Assembly (NCBI GenBank): GCA_031267135.1
Contig: JAIRZQ010000165.1
Coordinates: 1 to 59,239, forward strand
Direction of reading: 5' to 3'
From: Prevotellaceae bacterium
Lineage (GTDB): Bacteria; Bacteroidota; Bacteroidia; Bacteroidales; UBA932
DNA: 59,239 bases
In this document: piece after piece, positions 50,518 through 58,743 of the stretch
How the letters are laid out: each line of letters opens with the position of its first letter
Position numbering within the stretch: the first letter of the stretch is position 1
The notes under the pieces: generated by a model
The model's input: the letters and a program-made list of their open reading frames with translations, nothing else
Told to the model about the DNA's origin: nothing
Database searches by the model: none
Position numbers and translations under genes: made by a program

Positions 50518-53500
50518 TTTCTTTATTTTTTACCTTATTTCGATTAGTAGAAATATAACTGTACATCACGGGAACTATGTACATTGTAAGCAAAGTGGAC
50601 ACCAACATTCCGCCTACAACCGAAACTCCCATTGCAATCTGACCGTTACAGCCTTCGCCCGTTGCAAACGCTAATGGAATAAGTCCTAGAATTGTAGATG
50701 CGCTTGTCATAAGAATAGGTCGCAAACGCTGAAGCGAAGCGTCGCGAATGGCTGTTGCCTTGTCGATTCCCGCTTCCTGCTTTTGATTGGCAAACTCAAC
50801 AATGAGAATACCGTTTTTGGCAACCAGCCCTATCAGCATTATTATTCCTATCTGGCTGTATATGTTCATTGTTATATTGTTGAAATACATGAATGCCAGT
50901 GCGCCTGCAACAGCCAAAGGAACTGTAAACATAATTATCAGCGGGTCTTTGAAACTTTCGAACTGTGCAGCCAAAACAAGGTAAATGAAAATTATGGCAA
51001 GAAGAAATGCAAACATCAGACTCGAAGAACTTTCTTTGAAATCTTTCGAATCGCCTGATAATGCCGTACGGAAGGTATCGTCAAGAGTTTCTTTCGCTAT
51101 TTTATCCATTTCGTCGAGACCCTCTCCTATTGTGCGTCCGGGCGCAAGCCCCGACGAAACTGTTGCCGATACGAAACGGTTATATCTGAACAAGCGCGGC
51201 GGTGCAATTCCTTCCGACAGCTCAACAAGATTGTCAAGCTGAATCATTTCGCCCTTATCGCTGCGGACATATATTGATTTCAAGTCGGCCGGCTTGTTGC
51301 GCTGCTGTCGGTTTATTTCGCCGAGAATCTCATATTGCTTGCCGTTCATATAAAAATATCCCATGCGCTGCCCGCTGAGCGCATATTGCAGCGTTTGCGC
51401 AATATTGCGGGTACTGACTCCCATAACGCTTGCTTTTTCCCGATTAATATTTATGCGCGTTTCAGGTTTGTTGAATTTCAGGTTTACATCTGCCATTTGA
51501 AATATCGGATTATCCTGAATTTTTGCCAAAAGTTCGGGAATGACACTTTGTAATTTATCAATATTTGTTGCCTGAATAACATATTGAACAGGCATTGCGC
51601 CTCTTCTTCCGCCAAATGTTGTTTGCTGTTGCACAAACGAACGCGCTTTGGTTTTTGTTCTTACTGCCTGCGAAAGTTTTTCGGCTATTTCCATTTGCGT
51701 ATAACTGCGTTTTTTAATATCGTCCAAAACGATTCTCACATTTCCGCTTCCGCTGTTTACACGCGCTTGCACAGAACTTGCCTGAGGAAAAACGGAATCA
51801 ACCAAAGCGGATATATCTTCGGTATAGTCGCGAATATATTCGTATGTTATGCCTTCGGCTCCGCGTGTATTTATGCTTATTTGCGAACGGTCTTCCATTG
51901 GCGCCATTTCTGCCGGGATTTTATTCCATAAAAATACTATGGCAAACATCGTAAGCATAATTATTGAAACGGATATTAAGCGGTTTTTAAGAAACGATGT
52001 AAGCGATTTCCTGTAAAAGCTGTTCAGTCCTTCAAAAAACGGCTCTGTTTTTACATACAGCCAGTTTTTCCTTTCGCGCCTTACAAGAAGTTTTGTTGCT
52101 ATCATGGGCGTAAATGTCAAAGCTACAAATGCAGATATGATGACCGATCCTGAAACTACTATGCTGAATTCGCGGAACAGTCGCCCTGTCATGCCTTCCA
52201 TAAATACAATGGGAAAAAATACCGACACAAGGGTTATTGTTGTTGAAACAATGGCAAAAAATATTTCTTTCGCTCCCTGTACTCCCGCCTCAAACGGCGT
52301 CATTCCTTTTTCAACCCGTATGTATATGTTTTCGGTCATAACTATGGCATCATCAACAACAAGCCCTATTGCAAGCACAATAGCAAGCATCGATAACACA
52401 TTTATCGAAAATCCTGCAAGATACATCACGAAGAAAGCTCCTACAAGCGATACGGGTATTACAACGCATGGTATTAATGTTACGCGCCAGTCGCGAAGAA
52501 AAACAAATATTATGCATATTACCAGAATAAATGCAATATATATCGTTTCTTCCACTCCGGCGATTGAAGCTCTGATAAATCTTGTACTGTCGAATCCGTA
52601 AGTATAGGTAATATCTTCGGGAAGATCTTTCTCCATCATCTTCATCCTGTCGTAAACGGCATCTGCTATTTCGATATGATTTGCTCCGGGTTGAGGCGTA
52701 ACGGCAACTCCAACCATAGGAATACCATCCATTTTCATGTAACTGCGAATATCCTGAGGTCCGAGTTCGGCGCGACCGATGTCGCGAAACCGAACAATGT
52801 TCGACTTGTCTTCCTTGACAATCAAGTTGTTAAATTCTTCTGCAGTATGCATCAAACCCAGCGTGCGAATAGTAAGTTCGGTGGTATTGCCTTCGATACT
52901 TCCCGAAGGTAACTCCACATTTTCGCGTTCTATCGCACTCCGTACATCAAGAGGCGTAATGCCATATCCCGACATTTTTATAGGGTCAAGCCAAAGACGC
53001 ATCGAATAGCGTTTTTCTCCCCAAATCGAAACGCTGCTTACATCCGAAATGGTTTGCAACTGTTCTTTAACAGTAAGGTCGGCTATTTCGCTCAATTCGA
53101 GCAGCGAACGCTTATCGCTTTTTAGTGCAATCATCAAAATGGGCATGGCATCGGCATCGGCTTTGGTAACTATAGGCGGGTCACAGTCGCGCGGAAGAAA
53201 GCGTTGAGCGCGCGAAACCTTGTCGCGTACATCGTTAGCCGCTGTTTCCAAATCTACCGACAGTTCAAATTCCACGGTAATATTGCTATATCCCTGACTG
53301 CTAACGCTCGAAAGCGAACGTATTCCGGGAATACCGTTGATGTTTTGTTCAAGCGGTTCGGTGATTTGATTTTCGATAACATCGGCATTTGCGCCGGGAT
53401 ATGATGCCGATACCGAGATAATCGGATTGTCAACCGAAGGATATTCGCGTACACCCAAATAAGTATAGCCAATTACGCCAAAAAGAATAATGGCAAGTGT

Positions 53501-53551
53501 TAATACTGTTGACAGTACAGGACGACGAATGCTGATTTCTGATATGTTCAT
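50507..53551 (-). CDS. RND (AcrB/HAE1-type) efflux pump permease
   Basis: 1014 aa, beginning MNISEISIRRPVLSTVLTLAIILFG, with 12-TM RND topology and two large periplasmic loops. Confidence 0.93.
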   Translation of the reverse strand: MNISEISIRRPVLSTVLTLAIILFGVIGYTYLGVREYPSVDNPIISVSASYPGANADVIENQITEPLEQNINGIPGIRSLSSVSSQGYSNITVEFELSVDLETAANDVRDKVSRAQRFLPRDCDPPIVTKADADAMPILMIALKSDKRSLLELSEIADLTVKEQLQTISDVSSVSIWGEKRYSMRLWLDPIKMSGYGITPLDVRSAIERENVELPSGSIEGNTTELTIRTLGLMHTAEEFNNLIVKEDKSNIVRFRDIGRAELGPQDIRSYMKMDGIPMVGVAVTPQPGANHIEIADAVYDRMKMMEKDLPEDITYTYGFDSTRFIRASIAGVEETIYIAFILVICIIFVFLRDWRVTLIPCVVIPVSLVGAFFVMYLAGFSINVLSMLAIVLAIGLVVDDAIVMTENIYIRVEKGMTPFEAGVQGAKEIFFAIVSTTITLVSVFFPIVFMEGMTGRLFREFSIVVSGSVIISAFVALTFTPMIATKLLVRRERKNWLYVKTEPFFEGLNSFYRKSLTSFLKNRLISVSIIMLTMFAIVFLWNKIPAEMAPMEDRSQISINTRGAEGITYEYIRDYTEDISALVDSVFPQASSVQARVNSGSGNVRIVLDDIKKRSYTQMEIAEKLSQAVRTKTKARSFVQQQTTFGGRRGAMPVQYVIQATNIDKLQSVIPELLAKIQDNPIFQMADVNLKFNKPETRININREKASVMGVSTRNIAQTLQYALSGQRMGYFYMNGKQYEILGEINRQQRNKPADLKSIYVRSDKGEMIQLDNLVELSEGIAPPRLFRYNRFVSATVSSGLAPGRTIGEGLDEMDKIAKETLDDTFRTALSGDSKDFKESSSSLMFAFLLAIIFIYLVLAAQFESFKDPLIIMFTVPLAVAGALAFMYFNNITMNIYSQIGIIMLIGLVAKNGILIVEFANQKQEAGIDKATAIRDASLQRLRPILMTSASTILGLIPLAFATGEGCNGQIAMGVSVVGGMLVSTLLTMYIVPVMYSYISTNRNKVKNKENEQ

Positions 53552-53594
53552 GGTGCTGTTTGGTTATAAAAATCAAACTGAATTTTAATTGTTG

Positions 53595-54743
53595 TTAATT
53601 TATAAATTTTCCGAGTCGGTTATCTGTTTTCAACGAATCGATATTGTCGAGTTTCACCGACAGTCCTGTGCGCAACTGTAACGTTCCCGATATGATAAGC
53701 GTGTCTCCTATAGTTAATCCGCTTAATATCTGTACATTTGCATCAGTACGCAAGCCTTTTTGCACTTCTACGGGTTGAGATTTTCCCGATTTATACAAAA
53801 ATACCTTATCAACTCCCATTTCAGGAACTATGGATTCCGTAGGAATGACTATTGCATTTTGAATTTCCTTTTGTTGCAACTGTATTCTTACAAATCGTCC
53901 GGGCGACAGCTCGTGTCGCAGGTTAGGATAAAGCGCGCGCGCCTTGAGCGAAAATGTTTCCGCATCAACCTGCGATTCGGTTGCATAAATCGAAGCATTA
54001 TACATTTCCATGCTTCCATCTACGGTAAAATTAAGTCGAGCGCCTTTATGTATATCGGAAGCATATCTTTCGTTTACCGAAAATTCAATTTTTAGCGGCG
54101 ACAGTTTGGTTAATTTTGCAATCACAGTGCTTGGCGATGCATAAGAACCCTCGCTTATTTGCCGCAGTCCGATAATACCATCAAACGGAGCGCGAAGCTC
54201 GGTTTGCCGGATGTTTGCCTTTACAAGTTCTATATCTGCATTCAGCGTGGCAAGTTCGGTTTTTACCTGTTCGAGCGCTTCCTTGCTTACGGCATCTTTT
54301 TCAAGCAATGCGCTTTGCCTCGACACGCGATCTTCGGCAAGCTGAACCTGCGCTTCGAGTTTTTTCAATTGCGCCTGAAGCGGTTCATCGTTTACCTTTG
54401 CCAGCAGCTGACCTTTTATGACCGACGTGCCTTCTATAAAATGAATCTTCACAATTTTACCCGAAGTTTCAAACGACAGGCTAACTTCTTCGTCGGGAAT
54501 AAGCCGTCCGTTGATAAATATATCATCGCTCAACGACTGTTCCTTAATTATAAGTCCGTTAATATTCAAAGGTTTCCCTCCGTCTAACATTCTCTGTGTA
54601 ACGACATTTCCGTTATTATCTTTTTCACCGATACTTATCGCCAGTATTTTAAAAATACCCAAAAAAGCAACCAAACAAACAGGAATAATAATTATCCTTT
54701 TTTTTATCTTATTCATAGCGCACAAAAAATTTAAACAAATCAT
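53595..54743 (-). CDS. RND efflux periplasmic adaptor (membrane fusion protein)
   Basis: 382 aa with lipoyl, coiled-coil hairpin and beta-barrel regions, including the motif IRAPFDGIIG. The start is possibly the internal Met (MNKIKK..., 54716). Confidence 0.88.
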   Translation of the reverse strand: MICLNFLCAMNKIKKRIIIIPVCLVAFLGIFKILAISIGEKDNNGNVVTQRMLDGGKPLNINGLIIKEQSLSDDIFINGRLIPDEEVSLSFETSGKIVKIHFIEGTSVIKGQLLAKVNDEPLQAQLKKLEAQVQLAEDRVSRQSALLEKDAVSKEALEQVKTELATLNADIELVKANIRQTELRAPFDGIIGLRQISEGSYASPSTVIAKLTKLSPLKIEFSVNERYASDIHKGARLNFTVDGSMEMYNASIYATESQVDAETFSLKARALYPNLRHELSPGRFVRIQLQQKEIQNAIVIPTESIVPEMGVDKVFLYKSGKSQPVEVQKGLRTDANVQILSGLTIGDTLIISGTLQLRTGLSVKLDNIDSLKTDNRLGKFIN

Positions 54744-54900
54744 ATTTCTTATTTGATTATATTTATATCAAAAGGTTTAAATGTGCGGTAAAATAAATTA
54801 AACAGCCGTTCCTTGAGAAATTAAAATTGTTATACCCATTCATTTGTCTTTTCGCTTCGGTCGTCCCTCCCTCGCTTTTTGGCAAAGCCTCTCCTCATGC

Positions 54901-56067
54901 CTACTCTGAGCTGCAAGCCAAGCGGAAGCCAAGAAAGTCGTTGCTAAAGCTGGGCGAAAAGCTACTGCGGTTCGCCACACGGCAGTATCCCGCAGCGTCG
55001 TCCCAGCAGCCGCCCCGACGCACACGGAGGGAGCCCGACGAAGCGCCTGTGGGATTATTCTGCGTTGAAGCAGAATAGTAGCCATACCAGTCGTAACACC
55101 ACTCCCAGACATTCCCGCTCATATCGTATATACCCAGTTTATTTGCCATTTTCGTACCTGCAGGATGCGTGGCGTTGTCGCTGTTTGTCGCCATCCATGC
55201 TGCATTTTTAACAAAACTGCTGCCCGAATACTGGTTGCCCTTGCTTTTATTGCCACCCCGCGCTGCATATTCCCACTCCGCTTCGGTGGGCAGACGGTAC
55301 TGCTTGCCGGTGGCGGCATTCAGGCGTTCGATAAACATTTGGACGTCGTTCCAGTTTACATTTCCTACCGGAAGATTACCTCCCTTAAAGTGCGACGGAT
55401 TACTGCCCATTAACGCTTCCCACTGCGCCTGAGTCACCTCGTATTTGCCCATATAAAAACTGCTCACAGTCACTTCGTGAACCGGGTTTTCGTCATTCTC
55501 GCAACTGCCCTGTTCGCTGGTGCAGCCCATCCAAAACGTACCACCTTGTACAAATACCATTTCAGGCTCGGCAAGATGACGTTGCGTACTAACGCGATTA
55601 TTACCCGAAGCGGAAGAACCGCCGCTGCCTGAACTGTTGCCAAACATTTTTGTTACTAATCCGGCACAGCCTTGATATATGGCGATTTCATCTTTTTCCA
55701 TCAACTGATTGGCGGTATGAACAATTTCTCCTGTTTCCACATCTACAAGCGAACTTTTAATAAGAATATTCGTTCCTGCGGTAAGTTGAGAAATACAGAT
55801 AAGCGAAGCGCCGGACATTGCACCAATTCTTTTACGCTGCTCGTCATCTACCATACCGCTCCGTTGAAACGACAGTTCCTTTGCAATTTGATTTACATCC
55901 AATCGCGTAAATGCTCTATAGCCTGGAATATTGGTAATAGCCTCTTCCAGTGCAGCAAGGATAATCTCCTTTTCAATCTGCGTTACAGAACCGCCTTTAA
56001 CAACAGGTTCAAGCATGGCGACCTTTTTGTCCTGTCCCCAAGCCATGCCGACGCTCAAGTACAGCAA
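54901..56067 (-). CDS. Fusion protein: LpoB/CsgG-like N-domain plus FGE-sulfatase (SUMF1/EgtB/PvdO-type) C-domain
   Basis: The C-terminal domain reads MVFVQGGTFWMGC...NPVHEVTVSSFYMGKYEVTQAQW...YRLPTEAEWEYAARGG...MSGNVWEWCYDWY...RVRRGGCW...LGFRLA. The track ORF begins at a TTG. An ATG at 56092 in another frame encodes the signal-like MKKILILM (see findings). Confidence 0.75.
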   Translation of the reverse strand: MLYLSVGMAWGQDKKVAMLEPVVKGGSVTQIEKEIILAALEEAITNIPGYRAFTRLDVNQIAKELSFQRSGMVDDEQRKRIGAMSGASLICISQLTAGTNILIKSSLVDVETGEIVHTANQLMEKDEIAIYQGCAGLVTKMFGNSSGSGGSSASGNNRVSTQRHLAEPEMVFVQGGTFWMGCTSEQGSCENDENPVHEVTVSSFYMGKYEVTQAQWEALMGSNPSHFKGGNLPVGNVNWNDVQMFIERLNAATGKQYRLPTEAEWEYAARGGNKSKGNQYSGSSFVKNAAWMATNSDNATHPAGTKMANKLGIYDMSGNVWEWCYDWYGYYSASTQNNPTGASSGSLRVRRGGCWDDAAGYCRVANRSSFSPSFSNDFLGFRLACSSE

Positions 56068-56101
56068 GCATTAAAATCAGTATCTTCTTCATCTTTTAAA
56101 A

Positions 56102-56626
56102 TTATCGTTCTACTTTTTTCGGCTTCTCGAAAGATCGCGCCATCGCGCTGCCAAATAACTGCTTTGTGATCTCTTCGCAGGCATCCGACAGATCATCTAC
56201 GGTAAAAGTCAACGGTTTGGCGCTTCTGACCACCGTCGCCGTTTCCACATCAATTACCCGCGCCGACAGGTAATACGCTTTGTCCATGCCGCCCAGCTTG
56301 ACCACGCAGACCAGCGACACGCCAAACTGTTTGCCCAGCTTTGAAATCTGCTCGTCCACGCTTCCCGTGCGCTGGTATTCGTGTTCGCTGTCCAATTCTT
56401 TCAGGAAATCGTATGTGCGTTCAACGGCTGTATATTTTCCGCTGCGAACAATGGCGTCCACTAAATAATCGCCTGCAAAACCGCCGAATTTTATTGTATC
56501 TTCGCCGGCGACATACACGGCAACTTTGAGCGGTTTCGGCGTCTCCGTCTTTTTTGCAGGCTTTCCGCTTTGTCCCTGCGCCGTTACGGTGCAAAGGATT
56601 AAAAATAAGACTAAATTTTTTTTCAT
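56102..56626 (-). CDS. Secreted LpoB/CsgG-like domain protein
   Basis: 174 aa with signal MKKNLVLFLILCTVTAQGQ. The body (KVAVYVAGED...DAIVRSGKYTAVER...GVSLVCVVKLGG...YLSARVIDVETATVV) is homologous to the N-domain of the downstream FGE fusion. Confidence 0.65.
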   Translation of the reverse strand: MKKNLVLFLILCTVTAQGQSGKPAKKTETPKPLKVAVYVAGEDTIKFGGFAGDYLVDAIVRSGKYTAVERTYDFLKELDSEHEYQRTGSVDEQISKLGKQFGVSLVCVVKLGGMDKAYYLSARVIDVETATVVRSAKPLTFTVDDLSDACEEITKQLFGSAMARSFEKPKKVER

Positions 56627-56750
56627 ATATCTGCTGTTTTTTCAATTCTTCATCATCGGTACAATCTTTTCGGCAATCTTTTTAGCCAGTTCGTCGAATG
56701 CTTCCTCGCCGGCTTTGGTGTAGTTTTTGCCCGTCCACCCGCCTTTTGCT

Positions 56751-57722
56751 TCATCGATTTTGGGTTTCACCGTTTTTTTGCGTGCGCGCATAGTAGAGGC
56801 TCACCGCAGCATTGGCATAGCAGAACACCGTACCGCCCACCGAATCGGTGCACCGGGCAAGGTATGCATTTACCCTGATCACATAGTCGGCATCCTCTTC
56901 CGATTCGATAAAACTGCACCCACAGTCACTTTCGGTCAGCAGTTCGGGCAGTTTGTCGGCAATGTACACCACTTCTTCATTCTCGACCGTCTCCTTACAT
57001 TCCACATACACAAAAATGCTGTTTTCCAAATCGGTCAACGTCTGTACAAGCGTATTGTACAGACGTTCGCTGCGGTTTTGCTGCAAAGCGCTGTCGTCTG
57101 CAGCTTCGTCAATGGCGGTAAGCAAATCCTGCGCATAAGCCGTCATCGCAAAGGCGTCCACAACGCTTTCGCAGAGTTTGCGCGCCCTTGCCTTGTAACC
57201 TTTTTCCGCCAGTTCGCCGGCTGTTTGCAGAGCGCCGTCCACCTTGTTGAAGTAAAGCGAAATCTGTTTGCGGTAATAGCTTGCCAGTTCCGCCTTCGAG
57301 ACAAACGCAATGGCGTACACCTCGCCTTTGGTCCGGTCATAATGCGTTTTCAGGTTGCTGCCCACCACTTCGGTTTGCGAAGCGGTTCCTACGGTCGAGA
57401 CAGACTGCGAGCGTATCTGCTCTTCGATGTCGCTGCCTCCAATGCTTATATCCGTGGACGTCTTTTTACTGCTTACCATCACCCGTACCCGCTCCGACAG
57501 TTCGCCCAGCGCAACCTGTTTAGCCCGGTTCAGGACTTTTTCCTGTCCTTCATTCGCGCTTATGGACTCTGTGCCCGTGTAATAAGTCTCAGCCGGATAA
57601 AGCATGCCTCGCACGTCCGAATCCGTCCAGTCGGAAGCGCTTCCCTGTGCAGCGAGGGCGCAGGGAAGCAGCAACCAGCCGGTAAGAATCGGAATAATGA
57701 AACTATTTCCGGGATTTTTCAT
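56751..57722 (-). CDS. LPP20-like secreted/lipoprotein-type protein (probably extends to 56642 across a homopolymer frameshift)
   Basis: 323 aa with a signal-like IIPILTGWLLLPCALAAQG. The LPP20-like pattern is NRAKQVALGELSERVRVMVSS...GEVYAIAFVSK. A plausible C-terminus (KPKIDEAKGGWTGKNYTKAGEEAFDELAKKIAEKIVPMMKN) continues in another frame after the T7 run at 56773-56779. Confidence 0.65.
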   Translation of the reverse strand: MKNPGNSFIIPILTGWLLLPCALAAQGSASDWTDSDVRGMLYPAETYYTGTESISANEGQEKVLNRAKQVALGELSERVRVMVSSKKTSTDISIGGSDIEEQIRSQSVSTVGTASQTEVVGSNLKTHYDRTKGEVYAIAFVSKAELASYYRKQISLYFNKVDGALQTAGELAEKGYKARARKLCESVVDAFAMTAYAQDLLTAIDEAADDSALQQNRSERLYNTLVQTLTDLENSIFVYVECKETVENEEVVYIADKLPELLTESDCGCSFIESEEDADYVIRVNAYLARCTDSVGGTVFCYANAAVSLYYARTQKNGETQNR

Positions 57723-58317
57723 ATTCCTTTAAATCTTCGTCGAATTCTTTCATGTAACGGTCGAAATCATAATCGGCTTTCAGTAACTTTTCTCTATTCA
57801 AAGCATAATAAAGCTGTTTTACCATTTTTTGCTTGCCAAATTCTATAGTTACATAGCAATTGTATGAAGGGTCACCCGGAGTTTGCGTATATTTTTCGCA
57901 AGTTGTACGGTAACCGGATACATTGGCATTAGCTGTAAGTTTCGACGCAGCGACCACTTTGTTATGAAATTCTTCGCCATCAGCATTTGTTGAGACTCCC
58001 AATCTTCGATTTATCATAGCCGCAACACTTTCCAGTTTTGAAGCAAGATTTGCCAGCGCTCCCAGATAAGCGCGGTCTTTTGCCATTGTACGGTCTTTGC
58101 TTTTACCCATACCGTTTACACGAAAAAAATTCTCGTCGGAATCTATCCCCGAACAGGGGAAGGTAATTTCCACTTCTGCAGGCACATCGAACTGCCTGGG
58201 CATTTCCTTTTTATCGGTTACCGAAACCGAAGATGCAGTTCCTTTCGACGATCTGCAAGCTGTGATTGCCAGAAGCGTCATTGCTGCCATTAAGGCTGTC
58301 ATTAAATATCTTTTCAT
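57703..58317 (-). CDS. Lipoprotein, LPP20-like
   Basis: 204 aa with a lipobox (MTLLAITAC). The pattern AKDRAYLGALANLASKLESVAAMI...YNCYVTIEFGK is LPP20-like. It is the first gene of the GC-rich operon and overlaps the next gene by 20 nt. Confidence 0.65.
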   Translation of the reverse strand: MKRYLMTALMAAMTLLAITACRSSKGTASSVSVTDKKEMPRQFDVPAEVEITFPCSGIDSDENFFRVNGMGKSKDRTMAKDRAYLGALANLASKLESVAAMINRRLGVSTNADGEEFHNKVVAASKLTANANVSGYRTTCEKYTQTPGDPSYNCYVTIEFGKQKMVKQLYYALNREKLLKADYDFDRYMKEFDEDLKEYEKSRK

Positions 58318-58428
58318 AATACTGCTTTTTATTAATTTATACTGAAAATTTTTTATTCTTTACTTAATTTTTTACTTCCCTACTCTGTTCCGGCTTTTCG
58401 GGTTTCGCCGTTTGTTTAATTATTTGTT

Positions 58429-58665
58429 CGTCATTGCGAGCTTGACTCGCAATCTCATCATTCAATAGATTCTGACTTTCGTCAAAATGACGAGTTTTTG
58501 CGCCGGAATTTACTTTGTCCGTCATTGCGAACTGCGAGATAAAAAGCAGGAAGCAATCCATAAAGAGTTTTATCTGTATTTTTCCTGGATTGCTTCGGCG
58601 TTCCGCCTCGCAATGACGTTGCTTTATTATTACTGTCCGCTAAAACTTTTAGCGGACAGTAATAA
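58429..58665. repeat. Cluster of nested palindromic repeats (GTCATTGCGA / GAAGCAATCCA family) plus a 19-bp-arm perfect palindrome
   Basis: - attgcgag/ctcgcaat at 58433-58453.
- cgtcattgcga (58520-58530) paired with tcgcaatgacg (58608-58618). This pair encloses gaagcaatcca (58550-58560) paired with tggattgcttc (58586-58596).
- ttattactgtccgctaaaa (58627-58645) paired with ttttagcggacagtaataa (58647-58665). Confidence 0.8.
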
Positions 58666-58743
58666 AAATAAATATTTAATTAAACAAACGGCATAACCCA
58701 AAAAGCCAGAACAGAGTAGGGGAATAATAAAAACCGGATAAAT

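Noticed and set aside
49126-54743. RND efflux operon considered as the exporter for the neighbouring peptide system.
   Set aside because: It has normal (non-island) composition and the opposite orientation. It is separated from the island by the relic and IR junction, and it is a complete generic adaptor-pump-TolC unit. Linkage is possible, but nothing in the sequence supports it.
54827-55112. 83-aa (+) and 90-aa (-) ORFs overlapping the 3' end of the FGE-fusion gene.
   Set aside because: They are alternative frames of a GC-rich stretch that encodes the well-conserved C-terminal FGE-sulfatase motifs in the 54901-56067 frame.
56727-57848. 373-aa + strand ORF, the longest ORF in the GC-rich block.
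   Set aside because: It lies entirely antisense to the LPP20-like gene and the lipoprotein gene. Its composition (Arg/Phe/His/Cys-rich, no signal, no motifs) is typical of a shadow frame in GC-rich DNA. The minus-strand genes have signal peptides and operon-like spacing.
58364-58696. Two small ORFs (65 aa on the minus strand, 69 aa on the plus strand).
   Set aside because: They are composed of the palindromic repeat cluster. Their translations contain the repeat-derived strings IASQARNDE and WIASAFRLAMT, characteristic of spurious ORFs over such repeats.
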